Virus record (IMG/VR): IMGVR_UViG_3300037313_000650
Reading direction: 5' to 3' (one strand)
Source of the DNA: a virus
Lineage: Duplodnaviria; Heunggongvirae; Uroviricota; Caudoviricetes
Length of the DNA stretch: 64,000 bases
A program made the position numbers and the translations under genes. Below are positions 19,687 through 29,389 of the stretch, one piece after another. The first letter of the stretch is position 1; every line of letters starts with the position of its first letter. The notes under the pieces are model-generated. The model was not told where the DNA came from. It saw only the letters and a list, made by a program, of their open reading frames with translations, and did not search any database.

Positions 19687-20559
19687 ATGTTAAACGAAAA
19701 AGCATTAACTGTTAATCTTAAAATAAGCTGTTGGACAGCACGTAAATATGATCAGGCAGTATCTAAAGAAGTAGAGCAACAACATGAAGCTCAGGGAGAT
19801 GCAGGAAGGTATAATAAATTATTAGTGGATAAAGGTAGTATTAGGGAGATTCAGCAGGTAGTGAATAAGATGAGGACTTTCCACCATACGAATACACTTC
19901 CTTGGGGGGATAATGGAGATAGATTATTGCCTTCAGAAAACTATTTTGCTTATATAGCTGAAGTAAATAAGCTAAAGGGTGAGTTTGATAAAGCTGTACA
20001 GAAGTTTGTGATGAATTATCCAGACTTAGTAAATAGAGCAGCTTCACGTTTAGGTACTATGTTTCGTGAATCAGATTATCCTTCTGCAAGAGAAATAGGT
20101 GATAAATTCGGTGTAAAACCTACAATTCTACCTGTAGCTGAAATGGATTTTAGAGTAAATCTAAGTGATAATGAAATAGAGCAATTGAAAAGTGCTGCAC
20201 AAATAGAGATTCAGGAAAGGTTGAATACGGCTGTAAAGGATTCATGGAGAAGGATTAAAGAACAATTGGTTCATATGAAGGAAAGGCTTACTGAACAAAT
20301 AGAAAGAACAGATAAAGAAGGTAATAAATATATTACAGATGGTATTTTAAGAGATAGTTTATTCAAGAATCTGGAAAGTTTGGTTGATCTACTTCCTAGA
20401 CTGAATATTACCAATGATCCAAACATTACAGCTATTTGTGATGAAATGAGAGAATTGGTAGCTATTGATCCTGAAGATGTAAGAAATAGTCAAACTGTAA
20501 GAGCTAATACGGCTCAACAGGTAGATGATATTATGAGTAAATTTTCTTCATTCTTCTAA
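19687..20559 (+). CDS. DUF3150-like helical protein that often accompanies phage MoxR/vWA pairs
   Basis: WTARKYD, TLPWGDNGDRLLP and FRESDYPS motifs; family assignment from recall. Confidence 0.55.
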   Translation: MLNEKALTVNLKISCWTARKYDQAVSKEVEQQHEAQGDAGRYNKLLVDKGSIREIQQVVNKMRTFHHTNTLPWGDNGDRLLPSENYFAYIAEVNKLKGEFDKAVQKFVMNYPDLVNRAASRLGTMFRESDYPSAREIGDKFGVKPTILPVAEMDFRVNLSDNEIEQLKSAAQIEIQERLNTAVKDSWRRIKEQLVHMKERLTEQIERTDKEGNKYITDGILRDSLFKNLESLVDLLPRLNITNDPNITAICDEMRELVAIDPEDVRNSQTVRANTAQQVDDIMSKFSSFF

Positions 20560-20568
20560 GAAATATAA

Positions 20569-20598
20569 TAAACCTTCTCTGAAATATGGGAAGGTTTA
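20569..20598 (+). terminator. probable intrinsic terminator
   Basis: TAAACCTTCTC-N8-GGGAAGGTTTA hairpin followed by T-rich sequence. Confidence 0.65.
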
Positions 20599-20636
20599 TT
20601 AATTTTATATATGAAATAACAATTAAAATTTAAATC

Positions 20637-22007
20637 ATGTTTTGGAAAAACAAATTACTGCAAAATACATTAGAGCAATTAGTTAAGAGTTTTAAAGATT
20701 TTAAAGAAGAGTTGAAGAGCAGCAGGGAAGATCAACAAAAGAAACATCAGGAGTTGCTGGATAAGATAGAAAAAAGAGAGGAAAAGAAAATTTCTATATT
20801 CTATTACCCTGATAACGAATTGTTTGTAGAGATTGGAGATGATAAAGTTGTAAGCAAAGATACTTCTAGAGAAAGGTTTGATAAACTAGTAGAACTTAGA
20901 AAGAATAAGGATGTTGAGGGAATTAAGAATTTACTTTTAGGTGAAAAACCAACTCAACAAGAGATTAATTTTATGGAAGAGGAAGATAATAAGATTGAAA
21001 ATCTGGTAGATGAATTAAGCGTCTTGGTATCTACTGGAGACTTCGAAGTGAAAGGTGATAGCCTGTATGCTACCGGATTAGATAGGAGTATTCCTAAAGC
21101 TTTAGCTGATAAGTTCTTAGAAACTTACATGAATGATAATAAGGATGAATATAATGCTTTAAAGAATTTTTGGTACTGGTGTTGCTTGAATCCAATTGCT
21201 CCTGTAGCAGATAGTTTATTTGATTATCTAAACAGGCATTACCTGAAGCTTAATAAGAATGGTTTCTTCTATGCTCTAAGGAATGTAGATAAGGTGAGAG
21301 GTAGTGTAGATCATGAATTTGTAGAGTTTATTAGTCAATCTTATGCTAAGGTAAAAGCTGTATGGAAGAAGAGTCCTTCCAGTGTATATATTATGAAGCA
21401 TGAAGGTGAATATCGTTTAGTAGAAGTAAAACATGCAGAAAAAGATACATATCTGGATTGGTCAGTATTGGGTACAGTAAAGGAACTTTATGATAAACTT
21501 CCTGAAATGGAAGAAAATAGGTATACTGATAACTATACTAAAACAATGGATATCAGAGTGGGTAAGAAAGTAAGAATGAATCCTGAGGATTGTCACTGGC
21601 AAACAGTTAATTGCGGCGATGGTGGTTTACACTGGACCTTAGAATTGGATTCTTATCAATGCGGTGATGCTGAAATGTTAATCTTAATTAATCCAGCTAC
21701 TGTAGTAGGATTAGGATCAAGTAAAGGTAGGTGCTATGAATATCTTCCATTGTGTGCTATTGAAAGAGGAAGTGCCTTAGAACTTTTAAAGAGTGGAGAA
21801 TTTGACACTACAGCTATTGAAGATGCTGATTATGCAGAAGAAATGGAGAATCTGGAAGAGAAAGTAAGACGTTCCTTTACAGCAGAAGCTAAAAGGTATG
21901 AGTTAATTACAAGACCTTATACTCCTACTACTGTAACTCAAAAGCAAGTGGAAGAAACAGTACAGAAGTTAATTGATGTTTCCCAAAGGGTGCAACAAAT
22001 TCAATAA
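20637..22007 (+). CDS. rIIB: RIIB-like protein
   Basis: LKNFWYWCCLNP, GFFYALRNV, YTDNYT, CGDGGLH, INPATVV and KGRCYEY motifs match the RIIB pattern. Confidence 0.8.
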   Translation: MFWKNKLLQNTLEQLVKSFKDFKEELKSSREDQQKKHQELLDKIEKREEKKISIFYYPDNELFVEIGDDKVVSKDTSRERFDKLVELRKNKDVEGIKNLLLGEKPTQQEINFMEEEDNKIENLVDELSVLVSTGDFEVKGDSLYATGLDRSIPKALADKFLETYMNDNKDEYNALKNFWYWCCLNPIAPVADSLFDYLNRHYLKLNKNGFFYALRNVDKVRGSVDHEFVEFISQSYAKVKAVWKKSPSSVYIMKHEGEYRLVEVKHAEKDTYLDWSVLGTVKELYDKLPEMEENRYTDNYTKTMDIRVGKKVRMNPEDCHWQTVNCGDGGLHWTLELDSYQCGDAEMLILINPATVVGLGSSKGRCYEYLPLCAIERGSALELLKSGEFDTTAIEDADYAEEMENLEEKVRRSFTAEAKRYELITRPYTPTTVTQKQVEETVQKLIDVSQRVQQIQ

Positions 22008-22014
22008 CTAAAAC

Positions 22015-22038
22015 AAGGGGAGCTAATCACTCCCCTTT
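22015..22038 (+). terminator. intrinsic terminator after rIIB
   Basis: AAGGGGAG-CTAATCA-CTCCCCTT; same core stem as the post-rIIA terminator. Confidence 0.8.
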
Positions 22039-22047
22039 CTTATTATT

Positions 22048-22320
22048 ATGAATAGAAATAGTAAACGAAATCAAATACTCATTTTCCAAAACAATCAGAC
22101 TGTAATTTTTAAGATGGAATGTGTGGGTTGTGGAATTGTATTTGAGCATGAGAGTGATAGTTTTGATGATGAAACTTTAGGGTATATATCAGAAGAAGCA
22201 GCACAAGAAGCTTATAAGGAGGGTTGGAGAAATTCTACATCAAAAGTATTTGACCACATAGGTATCCATTGTCCTGAATGTCATAAAAATCGCAATAATC
22301 CAAAATATTTCGAATACTAA
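22048..22320 (+). CDS. Zn-ribbon hypothetical protein
   Basis: CVGC and CPEC pairs. Confidence 0.6.
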   Translation: MNRNSKRNQILIFQNNQTVIFKMECVGCGIVFEHESDSFDDETLGYISEEAAQEAYKEGWRNSTSKVFDHIGIHCPECHKNRNNPKYFEY

Positions 22321-22931
22321 TGAAAATACAATATAAGCCACAATTGATAAAAGCTAACATGGAAGAAGTACTAATTCAATCCACCAGCTATCTATATAAT
22401 GAAGCAAAGAATTGGTATCCAAAAGCACACAAATTTGCAGCAGATTTTGCAGTTGAATATGATATAAGCATCGTAATTACGTCAGGGTTGATTGCCTGTT
22501 TATCACCACAGAAAAATTGGTTCCATAATTTAGAACTAACTGAAGAGTTTTTGCAGAGTGAGGGTACATATTGCCGACATACAGGTAGTCAAGTAGATAA
22601 AGCTAGAAGAATTTATGCACAAAAAGATGATAAACAAAGAAATATATTAACAATTTTAGGAGGATTAAAGACGCAAAACTTCTTCCTGAATATCTATAAT
22701 CCAAAAGATGATTGGGCTGTAACAATTGATAATCATATGATTGGTGCAATGACAGGAGATTTTAATAATAAAGTAGTTACTAATAAACAGTATAATTTTT
22801 TAAAAGATTGTTTAATTGACTATGCTAAAGAGTTAAATATGTTACCTAATGTATTACAGTCATATATATGGTTAACTGTAAAAGAAATAAAAAAAGATAT
22901 TAAAAAACATAGAAGTAATTTGTTGGTTTAA
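22320..22931 (+). CDS. putative HhH-GPD-like DNA glycosylase (DUF7178-like)
   Basis: WYPKAH, IACLSPQKNW, GGLKTQNF and VTIDNHM motifs; the last resembles the VD-H catalytic segment of the HhH-GPD superfamily. Confidence 0.45.
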   Translation: MKIQYKPQLIKANMEEVLIQSTSYLYNEAKNWYPKAHKFAADFAVEYDISIVITSGLIACLSPQKNWFHNLELTEEFLQSEGTYCRHTGSQVDKARRIYAQKDDKQRNILTILGGLKTQNFFLNIYNPKDDWAVTIDNHMIGAMTGDFNNKVVTNKQYNFLKDCLIDYAKELNMLPNVLQSYIWLTVKEIKKDIKKHRSNLLV

Positions 22932-22939
22932 ATTGAATC

Positions 22940-23788
22940 ATGTATATTGCTATGGTAATAAATACAATTATGGCAAAAATACAAATTTCAGAAATTATAG
23001 TAGAAGAGTATAAATTAGGTAAGAGTATTAATTATTTATCTAAAAAATATAATTATTCAAATCCAACATTAATGAGAAGATTAAAGGAAATAGGTCTTTA
23101 CCAAGGAGATGATAGTAAAAAAGAAAGATATATAATAAATGAATCTTATTTTGAAATTATAAATACTCCAGATAAAGCTTATTTTCTTGGTCTTCTTTAT
23201 GCTGATGGTTATTCTATAAATAATACAGTAGGAATTGATTTGCAAGAATCAGATAAAGAATTACTTGAAAAATTTAATAAATATTTAGAAAGTAATAAAC
23301 CTTTAAAAACTTATCCTAGAAAATGCATTAATAGTCAAAATAGAGTAAGATTAATAATAACAAGAAAAAAGATAGCAAAAGACTTAGAAAAGTTAGGATT
23401 ATTAAGTAATAAAACTCATAGTATTTGTTTTCCTACAGAAGAACAAGTGCCTTTAAAACTACAAAGCCATTTTATTAGAGGAGTATTTGATGGAGACGGA
23501 TGTATAAGTAAAGGAAAGAGATTTTATAACGCTTCTATTACAGGTAATAAATGTTTATTAGAAGGTATTGAAAAAGTATTAGTTAACAACACTAAAATTA
23601 AAAAAGGGTATTATACAAAAAGACATAAAAATAAAAATGATAATATTTACACTTTAAATTTAAGTAGCAATTCATATGCCTTAAAATTCTTTGATTTTAT
23701 TTATGAAGATGCTACCATTTTTCTTAAAAGAAAATTTGATAAATTTCAAAAATTAAAAGAAATTAAACCTAAAAGAATAGTAGCATGA
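22940..23788 (+). mobile_element. free-standing double-motif LAGLIDADG homing endonuclease with N-terminal HTH
   Basis: LGLLYADG and FIRGVFDGDG motifs; own start and stop; visibly more AT-rich than neighbours. Confidence 0.85.
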
Positions 23789-24744
23789 ACGAATTACAAT
23801 ATATTAGAGAGAAGTTTAAAAACAAAGACTTTATTGAGATAACTCATAAAACACATTTAAAAATATTTGATTGGTTAGTAGGAGATGTAAAAGATGGTCA
23901 GACTGATGTAAGAAAAATAGTTGAAAAAATAAGTGAAAAAGGATTTATTAAGTTTCTTAATGAAGGAGTTATACTAATAAAACCTACTTCAATTGATGAA
24001 AATATAAGGTTTTATTATTTTGTTTTTAGAGATGATGGAATGTTGCAGCTTTCTATTTACATTAATAATCCTGAGTCTACAAATGTAAGTAGTATAGAAT
24101 TATTATGTAAGATTGAATGTGGACTTGATACCAGATACACAGTAATGGATGGAACCTATAATGAAGATTTAGCAAAAAAACATATTAGTGCAGAGTTTGA
24201 GGCTCAAAGAATAGGTGTATCTACATTAATGCCAATCATTAAGATAATTAATGAAGAGTTCCCCAAATTAAAACCTGATAGTCCTGAATGGAGATTAGAA
24301 GTATCAAAGGAATATTTTAGAAGTATTATTAAAAGTCAAATTATTTCTATATTGGGTATTAATGCTTACTTAAGCTTACTTCAAAAGGAAATACTTATCT
24401 CCAGAATAGAGCAGGTTAGAGAACTTAAAGCTTCTGATAAGGGTGGTAAACGGTCAAAACGTAATCCATTTTATCGTTATGTAGTAGAACTTCCACCAAA
24501 TTACAGACCAAGGAAGTTCGATCTTAACTATGTAGCTTCTTATTGGGAACGTTCTGGTCATAGAGCTACCAGATGGGTACTTCCTGAAAATGCAGAACTA
24601 TTGGCTAAAAGAAAAGGTGGGACAGTAACAAACAGAACAAAAGGTAAATTTGTAGCTATTGAAATTCCTATTGCTCCACAAACTTGTCATAGGAAAGTAG
24701 TTACGCTACCTGAACAAATTGGTAATAAAACTTATTTAGAATGA
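23785..24744 (+). CDS. hypothetical protein
   Basis: 319 aa ORF; C-terminal WERSGH-R motif resembles the W-x-VRGHWR tail of phage proteins of unknown function. Confidence 0.65.
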   Translation: MNELQYIREKFKNKDFIEITHKTHLKIFDWLVGDVKDGQTDVRKIVEKISEKGFIKFLNEGVILIKPTSIDENIRFYYFVFRDDGMLQLSIYINNPESTNVSSIELLCKIECGLDTRYTVMDGTYNEDLAKKHISAEFEAQRIGVSTLMPIIKIINEEFPKLKPDSPEWRLEVSKEYFRSIIKSQIISILGINAYLSLLQKEILISRIEQVRELKASDKGGKRSKRNPFYRYVVELPPNYRPRKFDLNYVASYWERSGHRATRWVLPENAELLAKRKGGTVTNRTKGKFVAIEIPIAPQTCHRKVVTLPEQIGNKTYLE

Positions 24745-24974
24745 AAAAAGAAGAATTAATACGTATATCTAAATACTTTGATTTAATTGTAGACTTAGAT
24801 AGATGGGATGAGAAGGGTTGGATTAGGTTTAAGTTGAATAAGAACCTTTCTTTTAATGATCTAATAATTTTCAAAGACTATTACGAAAATGATGTAATTG
24901 AAGCATTCCAGAATTATCTTCAGGCATATGGAGAATGGACATTTAAATTAAAAATAAAAACTTTATTTGCATGA
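24741..24974 (+). CDS. hypothetical protein
   Basis: ATGA overlap. Confidence 0.55.
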   Translation: MKKEELIRISKYFDLIVDLDRWDEKGWIRFKLNKNLSFNDLIIFKDYYENDVIEAFQNYLQAYGEWTFKLKIKTLFA

Positions 24975-25186
24975 GAACATATAAAATTAAATACAAAGCA
25001 ACGTTTGAAGGTATAATAGAAGTGAGGGCAGAAGATAAGGAAAGAGCTAAATATATTGTAAATCAAGCCTTTGGAGTTAGCATAGATACTCCCTCTAAAA
25101 CTGGTTGGGATAGTAATGATGAAGAAGATGAAGGTATTGTAGATTGGATTTTTGATTCACATGCAGAAAAAATAACAATAAAATGA
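24971..25186 (+). CDS. hypothetical protein
   Basis: ATGA overlap. Confidence 0.55.
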   Translation: MRTYKIKYKATFEGIIEVRAEDKERAKYIVNQAFGVSIDTPSKTGWDSNDEEDEGIVDWIFDSHAEKITIK

Positions 25187-25338
25187 ATACAGTAAAGTGT
25201 AATTATTGTGGTTGGGAAGGTGAAGAAGATGATCTTCAATGGGTTTCAGCAGTAATAGGACAACCTGAAACTGATTATAAAGCCTGTCCCAATTGTTTAA
25301 CAGATCAATATTTAATGGATATAAATAAGGAAGAATAA
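25183..25338 (+). CDS. 51 aa Zn-ribbon protein (below ORF-track cutoff)
   Basis: MNTVKCNYCGWEGEEDDL...ACPNCLTDQYLMDINKEE*; ATGA overlap with the previous gene. Confidence 0.75.
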   Translation: MNTVKCNYCGWEGEEDDLQWVSAVIGQPETDYKACPNCLTDQYLMDINKEE

Positions 25339-25369
25339 TTTGTTTCGTATTTAAAATATAGTAAGTTTG
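25339..25369 (+). promoter_or_regulatory. Bacteroidota sigma-A promoter (TTTG-N19-TAAGTTTG)
   Basis: Matches the -33/-7 consensus with 19-nt spacing in an intergenic gap. Confidence 0.75.
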
Positions 25370-25388
25370 TAAAAATACACTTACTATA

Positions 25389-25676
25389 ATGAGTTATAAA
25401 CGTAGACCTAAAAACAAGCAGGAATTACCCCCTAAAAGAGTAAAGAAGAAAGAACTTCCTAAAAAAACTATTGTGGAATTTGGATTTACAACACAAGACG
25501 GTATTAATTATAACAATGGTACAGGAAGGATAAAGATTAATGAAAAAGGAGAAATTACCTGTTTGATTCGTGATGAAGAAGAGAAATGGAAGAATGTTAA
25601 AGGGAAGTTAGATTATGTACGAATGAAGAGCATTGTCATAAAAAAGGTAGATACTATTAGAAAAAAGAAAGTATAG
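25389..25676 (+). CDS. hypothetical basic protein
   Basis: 95 aa ORF downstream of the promoter. Confidence 0.6.
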   Translation: MSYKRRPKNKQELPPKRVKKKELPKKTIVEFGFTTQDGINYNNGTGRIKINEKGEITCLIRDEEEKWKNVKGKLDYVRMKSIVIKKVDTIRKKKV

Positions 25677-25680
25677 CAAG

Positions 25681-25688
25681 TATATTTG
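25681..25688 (+). promoter_or_regulatory. possible -7 promoter element TATATTTG
   Basis: Intergenic; no clear -33 element. Confidence 0.4.
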
Positions 25689-25699
25689 CTATAAAAAGT

Positions 25700-26125
25700 A
25701 TGGAAAGTTGCTGGATTTATCAAGGAAAATGTTTAGAAACTCCCCCGGATGGTTACTATGGATTTATCTACATGATTGAAGATGACCAAAATAGAGAATA
25801 TTATGGTAAGAAAGCCTTTATTCACAAAAAAAAGACTAAACTTAGCAAGAAAGCTAGGGCAGGTACAAGAAAAAGAATAAAAGTAGAGACTGTAGATAGT
25901 AAATGGTTGCAATATTGGGGGAGTTCTAAACCTCTTCTGGAGTATATAAAAGTAAGGGGTGGAACAGAAGGATTTAAAAGATACATTTTGAAATTATGCG
26001 AAAATAAACAATCTTTGACCTATTGGGAAACTCATATTTTGTTTGAAAATGCAGTTCTATTTAAAGAGGATTGCTGGAACGGACACATATTAAGTAGATT
26101 TTATAAAGGTAAAATACACAAATAA
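25700..26125 (+). CDS. GIY-YIG-like nuclease-fold protein
   Basis: GFIYMI...YYGKK and YWGSS motifs. Confidence 0.6.
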   Translation: MESCWIYQGKCLETPPDGYYGFIYMIEDDQNREYYGKKAFIHKKKTKLSKKARAGTRKRIKVETVDSKWLQYWGSSKPLLEYIKVRGGTEGFKRYILKLCENKQSLTYWETHILFENAVLFKEDCWNGHILSRFYKGKIHK

Positions 26126-26319
26126 TGGAAGATTATAAAATAAATTGGACAGAAGAAAAGAAAGAGAAAGTTATCAACGAGGTAGAAAAATACCTTGCAA
26201 AATATGGTATATCAGAAAGTATTTCACAAGGTGATGATGCTCAAATAGAAGCTATATCATTAGCCTGTAAGTTATCTGATATTGTTGAACCTGAATATAA
26301 CGAAGAATATGAATCCTGA
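26125..26319 (+). CDS. hypothetical protein
   Basis: TAATG-coupled 64 aa ORF. Confidence 0.55.
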   Translation: MEDYKINWTEEKKEKVINEVEKYLAKYGISESISQGDDAQIEAISLACKLSDIVEPEYNEEYES

Positions 26320-26770
26320 GAAATATATATCCATAGAATATAGTGTTTGGAATACCAAATATAAACCTATGGAAGAAAAGGTTAAGCAGTTACAGGAGGA
26401 GTTAGAAGAAGAAAGAAATAATAAAATGCTTACCTTAAACATTAATTTCAGTAGATATATGATTCATATGGGTGGTCCTTATTTTCACCCTAATATAAGA
26501 TGTATAGGTAGTGTGGATTTTGATCTGGAAGGTGTTCCTAAACTCAATCTAAAGGATAGAGAAAGTATATCAAGCATTATTTCTAAAGAGTACTTTGCAG
26601 GTATGCGTTCTTATAATGATAAGTTCAGATTTGCATCTGAAGAAATGGTGACAAATGCGCTATCTAAAATTGGTCAGGATAAGCAAGAGGTAGCTATATT
26701 AATATCTCAGAATGAGGAAAGAATAAAGAATATTCCTAAAATCATTAAATGGTTATTTAAAATAAAATAA
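26309..26770 (+). CDS. hypothetical protein
   Basis: ATG at 26309 preferred over the TTG start in the track. Confidence 0.55.
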   Translation: MNPEKYISIEYSVWNTKYKPMEEKVKQLQEELEEERNNKMLTLNINFSRYMIHMGGPYFHPNIRCIGSVDFDLEGVPKLNLKDRESISSIISKEYFAGMRSYNDKFRFASEEMVTNALSKIGQDKQEVAILISQNEERIKNIPKIIKWLFKIK

Positions 26771-27180
26771 TGGAACAGCCTAAAAACTTAGATGAAATAG
26801 TAGATTTACTTATTACACAAATCAAAGCTCAAGAAGGTGCAGAAGATTATGTAAAAAAGAATGGTATTGATCATCATGGAGCAGGGACAGCTATTAGAAA
26901 TGGATTTAATCTATGGTGGAGTGAGAAATTAAGAGATGATGTTTTAGAAAGAGACCCTGATAGTGATTATCCAAAAGAAAGACCTGAATTAGTAGCTTGG
27001 TTTAATAGTTTAAATATTTACCATGCAGATGATATGTCAGGTACAATATCTGAAGCTGTAAAGGCTAAGTTAAATGACGAACCTTTTGATATTGACAAAC
27101 ATATCAAAAGATATTTCAGTCATTGGAAAAAACATGGATTTAAAGATGGTATTTTTAAAGAAGAAAATAAAATAAAATAA
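26770..27180 (+). CDS. DUF6794-like protein
   Basis: HHGAGTAIRNGFNLW and HADDMSGTI motifs. Confidence 0.55.
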   Translation: MEQPKNLDEIVDLLITQIKAQEGAEDYVKKNGIDHHGAGTAIRNGFNLWWSEKLRDDVLERDPDSDYPKERPELVAWFNSLNIYHADDMSGTISEAVKAKLNDEPFDIDKHIKRYFSHWKKHGFKDGIFKEENKIK

Positions 27181-28320
27181 ATGCAGCAATACTTAGACTT
27201 ACTTAGAACTATTAAAGAAAAAGGTACATATAAACCAGCAGCAAGAGAAGGTATGCCGGGAACTCTTTCTTTATTTGGTCATCAGATGAGATTTGATCTA
27301 CAGAAAGGATTTCCAGCTATTACAACCAAGAAGTTATACTGGAAAGGTGTTGTGACAGAGCTTCTATGGTTCTTAAGAGGGGATACAAACATCAAGTATT
27401 TGGTAGATAAAAATTGTAATATTTGGAATGAAGATGCGTATAATTATTATTGCAAAGTAGTTAAAAATCCTGTCTCATATGAACAATTTGAAGAGAATGT
27501 TAAAGGTAAATCAATAGAAGAATTAAGAGTAAATGATACTTATATAATGGGTGATTGCGGTTTTCAATATGGAAAGCTCTGGAGAGATTGGAAATATACA
27601 GCTTGGAATCCAGAAGATAGACAGGTTCCAGATTCAGTTCATAATAAAGTAGATCAAATTAAAGATTTGATTGAAGGATTGAAGAAAAACCCAATGGGTA
27701 GGAGACATATCATTACATCTTGGAATCCTGCTACTCTGGATAAGATGGCTTTAAATGCCTGTCATGCTTTAGTCCAGTTCAATTGTAGACCTCTTACTAA
27801 TAAACAAAGATTAGACTGGGTAAATAAACATTCTGATTTTATAACTGTTATTCCCGAAGGAGTTAATATAGAAACTCAGAAATGGGATGATTTTTCAGAT
27901 ATTACATTTCTTAGAGATGGAAAAGAATTCAAAGTAGAGTTTTCTAAGGCTCCTAAATACTATCTAGATTGTCAAATGTACCAGCGCAGTGCTGATGTTT
28001 TCTTAGGTGTTCCATTTAATATAGCTTCCTATGCTTTGTTAACTCATATTATAGCCAAGTTTTGTAATATGCAGGTAGGGGATTTTGTACATACTTTTGG
28101 AGATGTACACATATATGATAATCATATGGATGCTGTTAATGAACAGTTAACAAGAGAACCACTACCACTTCCTAAACTAGAGATAAATCCTCAATTTATT
28201 TGGGATATAGATGCTGACCCGAACCTGTTTCATGCTCTATTGCCCTCTGATTTCACACTAAAAGGTTATCAATCACATTCTGCAATTAAGGCAGAGTTAA
28301 GTACAGGTTTAAAGAAATAA
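27181..28320 (+). CDS. thyA: thymidylate synthase
   Basis: TTKKL, ELLWFLRG, IWNE, ACHALVQF (catalytic Cys), YQRSADVFLGVPFNIASY and GDVHIYDNH motifs. Confidence 0.95.
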   Translation: MQQYLDLLRTIKEKGTYKPAAREGMPGTLSLFGHQMRFDLQKGFPAITTKKLYWKGVVTELLWFLRGDTNIKYLVDKNCNIWNEDAYNYYCKVVKNPVSYEQFEENVKGKSIEELRVNDTYIMGDCGFQYGKLWRDWKYTAWNPEDRQVPDSVHNKVDQIKDLIEGLKKNPMGRRHIITSWNPATLDKMALNACHALVQFNCRPLTNKQRLDWVNKHSDFITVIPEGVNIETQKWDDFSDITFLRDGKEFKVEFSKAPKYYLDCQMYQRSADVFLGVPFNIASYALLTHIIAKFCNMQVGDFVHTFGDVHIYDNHMDAVNEQLTREPLPLPKLEINPQFIWDIDADPNLFHALLPSDFTLKGYQSHSAIKAELSTGLKK

Positions 28321-28322
28321 CT

Positions 28323-28553
28323 ATGACTTATAAAGAAAAAATTTTAGAACAACTAACACTCTCTAAAAGAGGTCATACATGTGCAGAATTAGTTACATGG
28401 ATTCAACTAAGTTATCCTGAAGATAAAGATAGGGGGAAAAGACAATTGATGGGAACCATTTCTGGTATACTTTGTAAACTTCATATACAGGGAGAAGTAC
28501 ATGTTTCACATGTATTTAAAGGTATTAGAGGTGGTAAAATTTATTATATTTAA
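28323..28553 (+). CDS. small winged-helix-like hypothetical protein
   Basis: 76 aa; helical start ending in a GGKIYY beta-wing-like segment. Confidence 0.45.
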   Translation: MTYKEKILEQLTLSKRGHTCAELVTWIQLSYPEDKDRGKRQLMGTISGILCKLHIQGEVHVSHVFKGIRGGKIYYI

Positions 28554-29021
28554 ATGAATAATATGAAAAAAGAAATCTTACAAGTAGATATGGATGGTGT
28601 TATTTGCTGTTTTGAAACAGGAGTAAAAGCCATAGAACCTGATATGCCTTGGGATAGAGAGAATGTAGATAGAGTATGTGAAGCTAACCCTAGAGTATTT
28701 CTTACACTTCCAGAAATAGAAGGAGCTAAGGAAGCACTAGATGAACTAAATGAGTTATATGATGTATATTTTGCTTCTACTCCTATGTGGAATGTTCCAG
28801 AAAGTTACATGGATAAGAGAATTTATATAGAGAGTAAATTCCCTTGGGCTGAAAAGAAATTAATTCTCACCCATAATAAAGGATTACTGAGAGGCAAGTT
28901 TATTATTGATGACAGAACAGTTAATGGAGTAGATCAATTTGAAGGTGAACACATTCATTTTGGTACAGAAAAATTTCCTGATTGGAAAACAATTCTTGAA
29001 TATTTAAAATCAAAAGTATAA
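28554..29021 (+). CDS. 5'(3')-deoxyribonucleotidase (HAD, NT5C-like)
   Basis: VDMDGV, STP and IIDD HAD motifs; HFGTEKFPDW C-terminus. Confidence 0.9.
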   Translation: MNNMKKEILQVDMDGVICCFETGVKAIEPDMPWDRENVDRVCEANPRVFLTLPEIEGAKEALDELNELYDVYFASTPMWNVPESYMDKRIYIESKFPWAEKKLILTHNKGLLRGKFIIDDRTVNGVDQFEGEHIHFGTEKFPDWKTILEYLKSKV

Positions 29022-29039
29022 TTAAGTAAAGGAACTACT

Positions 29040-29387
29040 ATGACTAATCCAGAATCCGTAAAAGAAACTTTAGATATTAGATTAAAAAAGGTAGAACTTA
29101 TTAAAAAAATTGATGATACTAAAATATCTAAAGCAGAAGGTTATTTAAATATAGAGAAGAAGAAGTTGGAAAATGTTAAGATTAATCAAGATATCGAACA
29201 AGCAAAGAAGAAGATGGGGCATAGTTTATTCGGTGGACCTGTAACTGAATTATTAAGTGTTGCTTGTGCAATCTATGTAGATAACGATAAGACTATAGGT
29301 TCTGAACCAGCTATAAGATCATTATGGAATGATGATGAACTTAAACAGATTAAAGAATTAATATTAGAAAAAATCAAAACAATTTAA
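29040..29387 (+). CDS. hypothetical protein
   Basis: 115 aa ORF. Confidence 0.55.
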   Translation: MTNPESVKETLDIRLKKVELIKKIDDTKISKAEGYLNIEKKKLENVKINQDIEQAKKKMGHSLFGGPVTELLSVACAIYVDNDKTIGSEPAIRSLWNDDELKQIKELILEKIKTI

Positions 29388-29389
29388 CA

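Noticed and set aside
27181-28320. Thymidylate-synthase homologue making a hypermodified base
   Set aside because: It retains the dUMP-specifying Asn in PFNIASY and the other canonical ThyA motifs, and UDG is present. Ordinary dTMP synthesis is the simplest reading.
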